From assembly GCA_965219995.1 (NCBI GenBank), contig CBDCOX010000002.1:2848001-2912000 (forward strand): 64,000 nucleotides of DNA, in the 5' to 3' direction. The position numbers and the translations under genes were made by a program. The notes under the pieces are model-generated. The model had not been told where the DNA came from, made no database searches, and worked only from the letters and a program-made list of their open reading frames with translations. Below, one piece after another: positions 9,981 to 19,119 of this stretch. The first letter of the stretch is position 1, and each line of letters starts with the position of its first letter. The stretch comes from Candidatus Latescibacterota bacterium. GTDB taxonomy: Bacteria > Latescibacterota > UBA2968 > GCA-2709665.

Positions 9981-11144
9981 ATGGTGACATTTTCGATCGC
10001 TGACAATGACGACCAGGCGAAGATGCGGGTTGTGGGGGTCGGGGGAGCTGGCGGAAACGCGGTAAACCGGATGATTGCGGCGGATCTCAAGGGTGTGGAT
10101 TTTATCGCGGTTAATTCGGATTTGCAGGACCTGGACAAATCCGAGGCAACGAAACGCGTGCAGATCGGCCAGTCGATTACAAGAGGGCTGGGCGCAGGCG
10201 CCAATCCTGAAACCGGACGGCAGGCCATGGAGGAAGACCGGAACCACGTCGCGGAACTTCTCGCCGGTTCGGATATGGTGTTCGTGACCGCCGGTATGGG
10301 GGGTGGAACCGGTACGGGCGCTGCGCCGGTCGTGGCGGAAATCGCAAGAGAGGTCGGTGCGCTGACGGTGGGCATCGTGACCAAACCATTCAATATGGAG
10401 GGAGCGCCCCGCTCGCGCAACGCGGAGACCGGTATTGCTCAGCTGAAGGAATTCGTGGACACGCTCATCGTGATTCCAAACCAGCGTCTCCTGGACATTT
10501 GCTCCGACGACACGACGCTGCGAGAGGCCTTTAGACTCGCCGACGACGTGCTGCTGCAGGCAACACGCGGGATTTCGGATCTGATTGCGATACCCGGCGA
10601 AGTGAATCTGGATTTCAATGACGTACGCACCGTAATGCAGCAGGGCGGAGACGCTTTGATGGGAACCGGCACGGCAGAGGGGGAAGGCCGCGCGATCCAG
10701 GCGGCCGAGGCAGCCATCAAGAGCCCCTTGCTGGAGGATCTGTCCATTGACGGCGCAAGGTGCGTCCTGGTGAATATCGCAGCCGGCAGCGACTTGAAGC
10801 TGTTCGAAGTGGACGAATCGGTATCTACCGTTACCAAGGCGGTTGGACCCGAGGCCAATATTATCTGGGGTACCGTTCTGGATGACGCACTCAGCGATGA
10901 ACTGCGCGTGACGGTGATCGCCACCGGTTTCGCCGTACAAGAGGATCTTGCTGAAACGAAAGCGCGACGAGTGACCTCGGACAACCCGCTCGGCCTGGAT
11001 GTACCGGCATATTTGCGCAAGGCCGACACCTCCGCGGTCACGGAGCCGCAGGTCGCGCCGGAGGAAGACGCGGAAGTGGACATATCTCTGGACGACCTCG
11101 AAATACCGTCGTTTCTGAGGCGGCGCCTGAAAGATACAGCCTGA
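9981..11144 (+). CDS. ftsZ: Cell division protein FtsZ
   Basis: GVGGAGGN, GGGTGTG tubulin signature, NLDFND, C-terminal IPSFLR. Confidence 0.98.
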   Translation: MVTFSIADNDDQAKMRVVGVGGAGGNAVNRMIAADLKGVDFIAVNSDLQDLDKSEATKRVQIGQSITRGLGAGANPETGRQAMEEDRNHVAELLAGSDMVFVTAGMGGGTGTGAAPVVAEIAREVGALTVGIVTKPFNMEGAPRSRNAETGIAQLKEFVDTLIVIPNQRLLDICSDDTTLREAFRLADDVLLQATRGISDLIAIPGEVNLDFNDVRTVMQQGGDALMGTGTAEGEGRAIQAAEAAIKSPLLEDLSIDGARCVLVNIAAGSDLKLFEVDESVSTVTKAVGPEANIIWGTVLDDALSDELRVTVIATGFAVQEDLAETKARRVTSDNPLGLDVPAYLRKADTSAVTEPQVAPEEDAEVDISLDDLEIPSFLRRRLKDTA

Positions 11145-11201
11145 CGCACGGCTGCGTTTCGGCCCTGCGTGTGCTTTCGGGGACGATTGAGGATCAAGGA
11201 A

Positions 11202-12182
11202 ATGGACAGCGTGCGGTGGGGCATCGTGGGATGCGGCGATGTCACGGAGGTGAAGAGCGGACCCGGATTTCAGAATGCGAACGGGTCCGGGCTTGTGGCG
11301 GTGATGAGGCGGGACGTGGACAAGGCCGCCGACTACGCGCGCAGACACGGCGTACCGCGGTTTTACGGGCAGGCGGAAGCACTGATTGAGGACTCCGAGG
11401 TCGACGCCGTGTATGTGGCGACCCCGCCATCTTCTCATCTGGACCTGGCCCTGAAAGTGGCGGACGCCGGCAAGCCGTGTCTTGTGGAAAAGCCCATGGC
11501 GATGAATCTCAGCGAGTGCGAGCAGATGGTCGCGGCCTTCCGAAAGACAGGACGGCCGCTCTTTGTGGCCTATTACAGGCGGGCGCTGCCTCGATTCCTG
11601 CGCGTTCGCGAGTTGCTGCGGGATGGGGCGGTCGGCGACCTGAGTTCAGTACATATTACACACTACGATCCGCTCGCGCGGGGCGACGACGCGAATAACT
11701 GGCGATTCAGGCCGGAGATTTCGGGTGGGGGGCTGTTTATGGATTTGGGGTCTCACGGCCTGGATCTGCTGGATTTTCTCGTAAGCCCCGTCAGACGGGA
11801 GTGGGGATGCGCCGCAAACACGGGCGGCACGTACGAGGCCGAGGACGTGGTCGCGGGAGGCTTTGAATTCGAATCCGGAATTGTCGGAACGGGGATCTGG
11901 AATTTCAACGCGGATCATTCGGAAGACCGAATCACGTTCACCGGATCCGACGGGGAGGTGCATTGTCCGGTTTTTTCGGATTCCGACATCCTGGTCAGGA
12001 AAGGCGACGATACGGCGACGCTGGAATACCGGAACCCTCCCCATGTACATCAGCCGCTCATACAGACGGTGGTGGATGATCTCCTGGGCAGGGGAAAATG
12101 TGAGTCAACAGGCGAGAGTGCCGCCAGAACGGCCCGGGTGATGGACCGGTGTTTGAAATCGTACTACGAAGAACGCAATTGA
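11202..12182 (+). CDS. Gfo/Idh/MocA family oxidoreductase
   Basis: WGIVGCG Rossmann start, EKPMA, DLGSH. Confidence 0.9.
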   Translation: MDSVRWGIVGCGDVTEVKSGPGFQNANGSGLVAVMRRDVDKAADYARRHGVPRFYGQAEALIEDSEVDAVYVATPPSSHLDLALKVADAGKPCLVEKPMAMNLSECEQMVAAFRKTGRPLFVAYYRRALPRFLRVRELLRDGAVGDLSSVHITHYDPLARGDDANNWRFRPEISGGGLFMDLGSHGLDLLDFLVSPVRREWGCAANTGGTYEAEDVVAGGFEFESGIVGTGIWNFNADHSEDRITFTGSDGEVHCPVFSDSDILVRKGDDTATLEYRNPPHVHQPLIQTVVDDLLGRGKCESTGESAARTARVMDRCLKSYYEERN

Positions 12183-12256
12183 ACGTCCTGGTGGCACGAG
12201 CGCGTCGAAGGGTCGGCGAAGGCGCGGGTTTCATTTTGTTGTTGAGATACAGAAAC

Positions 12257-12310
12257 GCGGGCATTTCGACAAGCCGTTTCGACAGGCTCAACGCAGGCAA
12301 TGACCACGTT
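12257..12310. repeat. REP-like element (TTCGACAAGC/TTCGACAGGCTCA family) between convergent genes
   Basis: GCGGGCATTTCGACAAGC...CAATGACCACG, also present near 31519-31546 and 38868-38920. Confidence 0.7.
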
Positions 12311-12412
12311 GCGATAAACCGTGCGACAGGCTGGGCGAACGTAGGCCGGGCATCAAGACTGGATGAATCGGCGGTTGAAGGGCAGCTCATTTCCTTGACG
12401 GGGCAATACAGA

Positions 12413-13510
12413 TCAAGCGGTTTTCCCGGTACGGAGATACGCTTTCAGCACGCTCTCATCCATCCCGGCGATGCCCAGATCATCAACGTCTCTGCCGCTG
12501 GTCCAGCCATCCGTTCCCATTACGATAGATCCGATGTCGACCATCGCGCGAATTGTGGGCGCGGGTACACCGTACTGGGCGCCTACGGAGTGCCAGGCTG
12601 CCAGACCGTAGGGAACGTCTTCTGTTAGCCATCGGCTGTCCAGGGAACCGGGCGCCTTGAGGCGGGTGAGCATGTAGCTGCCATTGATGGTGGCCCAGAG
12701 GTCCCCTGCCGGTCCGAAGCCGGCCCGATGAAAGGCGACATTCACCGGGGCCAGGTCATATCCGAGTCGCCTGGCAATTGCGCGGCGTTCGTCGTCCACC
12801 CGCGTGATCACTCTGGCCACGGCTGGCGTCACCCCCTCTTCGTAAAAGTAGAATTCGCCTCGGGAATATTCCACGCGGCCTGCATTCAGGAGCACACCGG
12901 CGGGATGGACCACGGGGTTCATCGCGGCCAGACCGCACGCCAACACGTCGGGATAACAAGATACCCCCGGAAAAAGCCGGTCCAGGCATGCACGCACGGG
13001 TTCGAATTCACTGGCCGGCAGCACGCCCAGGCCCAGGCCCGTGACGATGCCCCAGATGGTGGCTGTATCGGGTGTCGTCTTCCGGCAGACGAACGGCGCC
13101 GTATCCACTTCGGCGAGCACGACGCCCTCGGCGCCGGCCTCGCGGAGGATGCGCGCCCATTCGAGGGTCCCGAGGGTGCCGGGCATGATGACAACGGTCT
13201 GACCCGGCCGCAGGAACGGGGCACAGACTTCGGCAAACGCCTTGTGAGCGTACGCCGGTACGATGAGCAGCACCAGGTCCGGCGATTCAAGAGCCTCCTC
13301 GATATCGGCGGTGACGCGATGAATTCTGGCCGGACCCTGTTCACCGGCGCCGAGCAGATGGATGATGCCGTCGTCTGCAATCGGATCGAGAGACTCCCTG
13401 AATTCGGGAATCTCGTATAACGTGATCTCAAAGCCCTTCAGGCTGAGATTGGCAGCCACGGCAAACGCCGTGTTTCCGCCGCCGAGAACGGTTACTGTTT
13501 TTACATGCAT
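12413..13510 (-). CDS. NAD/NADP octopine/nopaline (opine) dehydrogenase family protein
   Basis: LGGGNTA Rossmann fold, NPVVHPAG, FYFYEEG, RWLTEDVPYGL family motifs. Confidence 0.88.
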   Translation of the reverse strand: MHVKTVTVLGGGNTAFAVAANLSLKGFEITLYEIPEFRESLDPIADDGIIHLLGAGEQGPARIHRVTADIEEALESPDLVLLIVPAYAHKAFAEVCAPFLRPGQTVVIMPGTLGTLEWARILREAGAEGVVLAEVDTAPFVCRKTTPDTATIWGIVTGLGLGVLPASEFEPVRACLDRLFPGVSCYPDVLACGLAAMNPVVHPAGVLLNAGRVEYSRGEFYFYEEGVTPAVARVITRVDDERRAIARRLGYDLAPVNVAFHRAGFGPAGDLWATINGSYMLTRLKAPGSLDSRWLTEDVPYGLAAWHSVGAQYGVPAPTIRAMVDIGSIVMGTDGWTSGRDVDDLGIAGMDESVLKAYLRTGKTA

Positions 13511-13561
13511 GGAATACGCCTCAGCATGATGTGGAAAATCGCTATGTAGAAAAGGAATCTC

Positions 13562-13591
13562 GCCGGTTCGCGATTGGACTCGCGAACCGGC
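13562..13591. promoter_or_regulatory. Perfect 12-bp inverted repeat in the divergent odh/moaB intergenic region
   Basis: GCCGGTTCGCGA-ttggac-TCGCGAACCGGC; function unknown. Confidence 0.4.
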
Positions 13592-13786
13592 TTCAGGTCA
13601 TTGCAGGCACAAATATAAACCCGGCGCATCGGCGGGACAAGAACCGAATCGTTGAGAGCCGCTGTCGTTCCCGCGGCCGAGTCGACCGGTTCATCCGCGC
13701 GCTCCGGCCGGAATTCAGGTCGGAGGTCCACTTGGCCGGCGAGTTGGCCTGTTCGCGTCCGACAATCCAACACGAGGAGGAACCCG

Positions 13787-14296
13787 TTGCCCTACGAGGA
13801 CCACAAGAAACAGGCGCAGGGCGCCGTCAATTGCGCCGTACTCACGATCAGCGACACGAGGACGGAAGCCGACGACAAGAGCGGCAGAATTATCAGAGAT
13901 CTGCTCGAAACCGGTGGTCACACAACAGGATTTTATCAGGTTGTCCCGGACGATCCGGCCCGTATCCGGGAGCTGGTCATCGGAATAACCGGCAGAGGAG
14001 ATTGCCAGGCGATCCTGACCAGCGGCGGCACGGGCATCGCTGCCCGGGACACCACGTACGAAGCCGTGGTCGGTCTGCTCGAGAAACGGCTGGACGGCTT
14101 TGGGGAACTCTTCCGATTCCTGAGCTGGGATGATATCGGCTCCGGCGCCATGCTCTCGCGCGCCGTCGCCGGCGTCTACCGCGACACGATGATTTTCTGC
14201 ATGCCCGGCTCCTCCGGCGCTGTACGCCTCGCCATGGAAAAACTGATCGTTCCCGAACTCTCGCACCTTGTCTGGGAAATCTGGCGGCAGAAGTAA
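13787..14296 (+). CDS. moaB: MogA/MoaB family molybdenum cofactor biosynthesis protein
   Basis: LTISDTR, DKSG, TSGGTG, RDTTYEA, GFGELFR, SRA, MPGS. TTG start after a GAGGAGG RBS. Confidence 0.9.
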   Translation: MPYEDHKKQAQGAVNCAVLTISDTRTEADDKSGRIIRDLLETGGHTTGFYQVVPDDPARIRELVIGITGRGDCQAILTSGGTGIAARDTTYEAVVGLLEKRLDGFGELFRFLSWDDIGSGAMLSRAVAGVYRDTMIFCMPGSSGAVRLAMEKLIVPELSHLVWEIWRQK

Positions 14297-14487
14297 CCCC
14301 GGGGTGCGGCGGATTCCCGGGCATCCTGACAAAGCCCATGGGTCTTCAGGTTCGCGCTCCGGAACCAAGGGACCGTTACGCCCGGCAGATCCCGCCCGCG
14401 TTCGGGGAGCCGGCGGCAGGCCCTGAATCCAGGGACTCCCTACGGGACTGTTCGACGGATACCCCTTGGACTTTATTGAGGGATACC

Positions 14488-15831
14488 ATGCCTGCCCGTA
14501 CGACTCATATGCTTGTGTTTTCGCTCTTCTTCAGCTGCGCCGGCCTCGACCGCGCACAGGAAGCAAGTCATTCCAGCCGGCACAATGCATCCTACGACTC
14601 GGCCGCCCACGACGCCCGTCCCTCTCCCGTACCCGACCGCATCGTACTCACGTGGGACGGCGATCCGTCGACATCCCAGGCCGTCACCTGGCGGACCGAC
14701 GCATCCGTCGTCGAGGCGGCAGTCGAGATTGCGCCGGCCACGGCATCCCCCAGGTTTATGCTCGGCGTTCGGGAAGTCCCGGCCCGAACGCAGGCCGTCG
14801 TCACTGAAAACGGTGCTTCACACTACCATTCGGCCACCGTTACCGATCTCCAGCCCGGTACCCTTTACGCTTATCGGGTGGGCAGCGACGACACGTGGAG
14901 CGAATGGTTCCACTTCCGGACGGCCCTGGACGAACCCGCACCCTTTTCGTTCATCTATCTTGGCGATGCCCAGAACAACATCCTGTCCCTGTGGTCCCGG
15001 ACCATCCGCGCGTCCTATGCGACCGCGCCGCATGCAAGCTTCATCCTTCACGCGGGGGACCTGGTTAACCGCGCCAATAAGGACGGCGAATGGGGGGAAT
15101 GGTTTCGGGCCGGCGCTTTTATACATGCAACGCTCAATGCCGTCCCAACTCCCGGCAACCACGAATACGCCAAAAACCAGCAGGGGGTACGTCGGCTCTC
15201 CCGCCTCTGGCGCCCCCAATTCACACTGCCGCAAAACGGCCCGGACGGGCTGAATGAGACTGTATATTACATAGACTATCAGGGCGCCCGCATCATCTCT
15301 CTCAATTCCAACGAAGAACGCGGCGACCAGGTCCCCTGGCTTGAAGCCGTCCTTCGGGAGAACCCGAACCGCTGGACGCTCGTCACCTTCCACCATCCAT
15401 TATACGCAACCGGAGAAGGCAGGGACAACAAGGCGTTGCGCAAGCTGTGGAAACCTCTGTTCGACAGGTACCGGGTAGACCTCGTCCTTCAGGGACACGA
15501 CCATTCCTACGGCCGCGGTTCCAATCTGCCCACGGGCGCCATTGCCCGCGACGAAGGAGACGGCACCGTCTACGTCGTCTCCGTGAGCGGACCCAAACAG
15601 TACAAACTCACGTCAAAGCGATGGTGGCGGCGCGCCGCCGAGAATACCCAGCTCTACCAGACCATCGACGTGGATGGGGACACCCTGCGGTACGAAGCCC
15701 GGACAGCCACGTCAGAGCTCTACGACGCATTTGACCTGATCAAACAAAAGGATGCTCCCAACCTGCTCGTGGACCGCGTGCCGGACACGCCTCCGCGCAC
15801 TCACCGCAACACGATCGGGGGCCGGGAATAG
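14488..15831 (+). CDS. Purple acid phosphatase-like metallophosphoesterase with FN3-like N-terminal domain, probable lipoprotein
   Basis: GDAQ, AGDLVN, GNHE, HHP, GHDH motifs; hydrophobic N-terminus ending FFSC. Confidence 0.88.
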   Translation: MPARTTHMLVFSLFFSCAGLDRAQEASHSSRHNASYDSAAHDARPSPVPDRIVLTWDGDPSTSQAVTWRTDASVVEAAVEIAPATASPRFMLGVREVPARTQAVVTENGASHYHSATVTDLQPGTLYAYRVGSDDTWSEWFHFRTALDEPAPFSFIYLGDAQNNILSLWSRTIRASYATAPHASFILHAGDLVNRANKDGEWGEWFRAGAFIHATLNAVPTPGNHEYAKNQQGVRRLSRLWRPQFTLPQNGPDGLNETVYYIDYQGARIISLNSNEERGDQVPWLEAVLRENPNRWTLVTFHHPLYATGEGRDNKALRKLWKPLFDRYRVDLVLQGHDHSYGRGSNLPTGAIARDEGDGTVYVVSVSGPKQYKLTSKRWWRRAAENTQLYQTIDVDGDTLRYEARTATSELYDAFDLIKQKDAPNLLVDRVPDTPPRTHRNTIGGRE

Positions 15832-15849
15832 CCGGAAACCGGAGGAGTC

Positions 15850-16800
15850 ATGTCACGGGTAGGGCTGGTTTCGCATCCTGACTTTTCGCGGCATGATACC
15901 GGCCATGGGCACCCGGAACGTCCTGAACGGCTCCACGCCATCCAGAGCCGGCTGGACGAGACCGGTCTCAGGGAACGGCTCGTGCACGTTGCGCCGAGAA
16001 TCCTTGGCGTCAACTGGCTGGAGCGAGTCCACACTCCCCGTCATGTCGCGGATGTTCAGCGCCGCTGCGAACGAAACATGCCCCTTATGGACGCGGGGGA
16101 CACGTACATATGTCCTGAATCCTTCGACGTCGGACGTCTTGCGGCGGGGGCGGCCTGCGAGGCCGTCGATGCGGTCATGGACGACCGCGCGGACGCCGTG
16201 TTTTGCGCCACACGGCCGCCGGGCCACCACGCGGAACGCGACAGGGCCATGGGCTTCTGCCTGTTCAACAACGTGGCGGTCGCCGCGCGGTACGTTCAGT
16301 CCGCCCACCGGCTGAAACGCGTCCTCATCGTCGACTGGGACGTACATCATGGAAACGGTACCCAGCACATCTTCGAAGAAGACCCCGATGTGTTTTATTT
16401 CAGCATTCATCAGTACCCCCACTATCCCTGGTTCAGCGGCAGCGGCGGCGAGACGGGAATCCGCGCCGGCCAGGGAGCGAACCTGAACGCGCCGATGCCC
16501 GCCGGAGCCGGCGACGATCAATTCCTTCGCGCGTTCGACGAACTCCTGGCCCCCGCAGTGGCACGTTTCCGCCCCGACTTCGTCATCGTCTCCGCGGGGT
16601 TCGACGGGCACGTCAGCGACCCCCTCTCCGGCACACGCGTCACGGAAGACGGGTTTGCCGAAATGACGCGCCGGGTACGCCGGATTGCAGAGACCTACGC
16701 CGATGATCGTCTCGTTTCGGTCCTGGAAGGCGGCTACGACCTCGACAGCCTCTCCCGTTGCGTCGAAACCCACCTGAACGCCCTGTTGGAGGATAATTAG
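15850..16800 (+). CDS. Histone deacetylase family Zn amidohydrolase
   Basis: HPERPERL, RPPGHHA, GFCLFNN, DWDVHHGNGTQ, SAGFD, LEGGY. Confidence 0.95.
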   Translation: MSRVGLVSHPDFSRHDTGHGHPERPERLHAIQSRLDETGLRERLVHVAPRILGVNWLERVHTPRHVADVQRRCERNMPLMDAGDTYICPESFDVGRLAAGAACEAVDAVMDDRADAVFCATRPPGHHAERDRAMGFCLFNNVAVAARYVQSAHRLKRVLIVDWDVHHGNGTQHIFEEDPDVFYFSIHQYPHYPWFSGSGGETGIRAGQGANLNAPMPAGAGDDQFLRAFDELLAPAVARFRPDFVIVSAGFDGHVSDPLSGTRVTEDGFAEMTRRVRRIAETYADDRLVSVLEGGYDLDSLSRCVETHLNALLEDN

Positions 16801-16838
16801 CGCCGGCAGGCGATCCGGAATCCGATCGCCTGCCGGCG
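16801..16838 (+). terminator. Strong hairpin immediately after the HDAC stop
   Basis: 15-bp perfect stem CGCCGGCAGGCGATC / GATCGCCTGCCGGCG with only a weak U tract; terminator or mRNA-stabilising hairpin. Confidence 0.45.
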
Positions 16839-16931
16839 GAACCTTTAACACAGCCCGGTCGTCTGCTACCTCGACTTCCCGAAATTCGGCCGCTGTTGTT
16901 CCTTCGGGTCGGACTCGTTAATGGAGGCTCA

Positions 16932-17801
16932 GTGAGTTCTAACGATCCCGTCGTCGCATTCCAGGGTGAAATGGGCGCGTTCAGCGAAATGGCCGCCCGC
17001 AGTTATTTCAGCGACTCCGTGCATGTGGTCCCGCAGCACGATTTCCAGAGTCTGTTCAGCGCGGTCTCCGGCGGAGAATGCACGCACGGCATGGTGCCCA
17101 TTGAGAACTCTCTCATGGGAAGCATTCACGAAAACTACGATCTGCTCCTCCAGCAGGATCTCTACATCGTCGGTGAAATCAAGCTGCGAATCGTGCACAA
17201 CCTCATTGCCAATCCCGGCGTGAGGATGGAAGACGTCAGACAGATTTACTCGCAAGCCCCCGCCCTGGCGCAATGTACCGAGTTCATTCGATCCACCGAG
17301 GGCGTCGAAGCGGTGGTTGCAAAAGACACGGCAGGCGCGGTCAGACAGATCAAGGAAGAGAAAGCAAGAAATGCCGCTGCCATCGCCAGCGCACAGGCAG
17401 CGATCGACTACGACCTGGAAATTCTCCGGGAAGGTCTTGAAAACGACCACCGGAATTATACCCGGTTTCTGGTCGTGAACTCCAGAGCGGCCGAACCCGT
17501 CGATCCCGCAAAAACCACCGTCGTCTATGCCCTGGACCACATTCCCGGCGCCCTGTTCAAGAGTCTTGGGGTATTTGCAATGCGGGATATCAATCTGCTG
17601 AAAATCGAATCGCGCCCCTTGAGCGGCCGGCCATGGGAGTACGTCTTCTATCTGGACTTCGAAGGCCACCTCGCCAGCGATCGATGTCGACAGGCGGTGG
17701 AACACCTCGAACAAATGGCCAGCTTCCTCAAGATCCTCGGCTCTTACACGCAGGGCAGGACTGTCGAAGGCAGTCTGCGCGAAAAAAGGGTGGTCCCATG
17801 A
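16932..17801 (+). CDS. pheA: Prephenate dehydratase
   Basis: AFQGEMGAFS, PIENS, NYTRF, C-terminal ACT domain with IESRP; no chorismate mutase domain. Confidence 0.93.
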   Translation: MSSNDPVVAFQGEMGAFSEMAARSYFSDSVHVVPQHDFQSLFSAVSGGECTHGMVPIENSLMGSIHENYDLLLQQDLYIVGEIKLRIVHNLIANPGVRMEDVRQIYSQAPALAQCTEFIRSTEGVEAVVAKDTAGAVRQIKEEKARNAAAIASAQAAIDYDLEILREGLENDHRNYTRFLVVNSRAAEPVDPAKTTVVYALDHIPGALFKSLGVFAMRDINLLKIESRPLSGRPWEYVFYLDFEGHLASDRCRQAVEHLEQMASFLKILGSYTQGRTVEGSLREKRVVP

Positions 17802-18967
17802 ACCTGGCGGGCAGAATGGCGCAGCTTGGTACCGAATCCGCATTCGACGTCCTCGTCAAAGCGCGAGACCTCGAAGCCAAGGGGCGGGACGTGGTCCACC
17901 TCGAAATCGGCGAGCCGGATTTCGATACACCGGCTCATATCGTCAACGCGGCCCAACAGGCGCTTCAATCGGGTTATACCCACTACGGTCCCCCGGTGGG
18001 CCTGCCGGAGCTCCGCGAGGCCATCGCAACCGACGTCTCGCGGTTCCGTGGGATCCCCGTCGATCCGGATCAGGTTGTGGTCACCCCGGGCGCCAAGCCG
18101 ATTATGTTCTATGCCATTCTGGCCCTTGCGCAGGCGGGGGACGAGGTGATCTATCCCGATCCGGGATTTCCCATCTACGAGTCGGTCATCAGGTTTGCGG
18201 GAGCCAGACCGGTCCCGATTGCGCTAACCGAGGAACGCGGCTTCAGTTTCGACGTAAACGAACTTTCGGACCTGATCACGGACCGCACCCGGCTTCTCAT
18301 CATCAATTCCCCTCAAAACCCTACCAGTGGAATCATTCCGCCGGAAGACCTGAAGGCAATCGCTGAAATCGTCGTCGACAAGGGGATTCCGGTACTGGCC
18401 GACGAAATCTATTCCAGAATCCTGTACGAAGGCGCCTTCCACAGCATCTCCGTTTACGAGGGGATGGCGGACCAGACCATTATTCTGGACGGCTTCTCCA
18501 AGACGTACGCGATGACGGGATGGCGCATCGGGTACGGGGTGATGCCGCGAAACCTGGCGGAAGAATTCGGACTCCTGATGGTCAACAGCAATTCCTGCAC
18601 CGCGTCGTTCACCCAGCGCGCCGCTCTGGCCGCACTCCAGGGGCCGCAGGACGACGTCCACGCGATGGTGGCTGAATTCAGACGGCGGCGCGACATCTTT
18701 GTCGCGGGACTCCGCGAGATTCCGGGCATTCGCTGCCCGTTGCCCGGCGGCGCATTCTACCTCTTTCCGAATATCGCGGACCTGGGTCTCTCCTCCCAGG
18801 AATTCGCCGACTTCCTCCTGTACGAAGGAAATGTCGCGGCCCTGTCGGGGCATGGATTCGGCGCCTGCGGCGAAGGCCACCTGCGCTTCTCCTTCGCCAA
18901 TTCGGTCGAGAATATCCGGAGGGCGCTGGACCGCATCGCGGATTGCGTGCGGAAAATCACTGGATAA
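17798..18967 (+). CDS. PLP-dependent class I/II aminotransferase (aspartate/aromatic)
   Basis: GEPDF, NSPQNPT, DEIY, FSKTYAMTGWRIG; ATGA overlap with pheA. Confidence 0.93.
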   Translation: MNLAGRMAQLGTESAFDVLVKARDLEAKGRDVVHLEIGEPDFDTPAHIVNAAQQALQSGYTHYGPPVGLPELREAIATDVSRFRGIPVDPDQVVVTPGAKPIMFYAILALAQAGDEVIYPDPGFPIYESVIRFAGARPVPIALTEERGFSFDVNELSDLITDRTRLLIINSPQNPTSGIIPPEDLKAIAEIVVDKGIPVLADEIYSRILYEGAFHSISVYEGMADQTIILDGFSKTYAMTGWRIGYGVMPRNLAEEFGLLMVNSNSCTASFTQRAALAALQGPQDDVHAMVAEFRRRRDIFVAGLREIPGIRCPLPGGAFYLFPNIADLGLSSQEFADFLLYEGNVAALSGHGFGACGEGHLRFSFANSVENIRRALDRIADCVRKITG

Positions 18968-19119
18968 CACGCCGTTTCTACATGGGACCGGCTCGCGGCC
19001 GGGACCGGAACAGCCCCGATAACGAATCGTCATCGGGGCTGTCTGCATTGGGTGCGGATCGTTTCTTCAGTTGTGCACACGGCAAGGAATCCCGCGCCTG
19101 AGGCCGTACTCGCGGCAGC

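Noticed and set aside
13530-13786. Moco riboswitch upstream of moaB
   Set aside because: Only a simple hairpin is visible and I cannot match the Moco RNA consensus; an Rfam scan would be needed.
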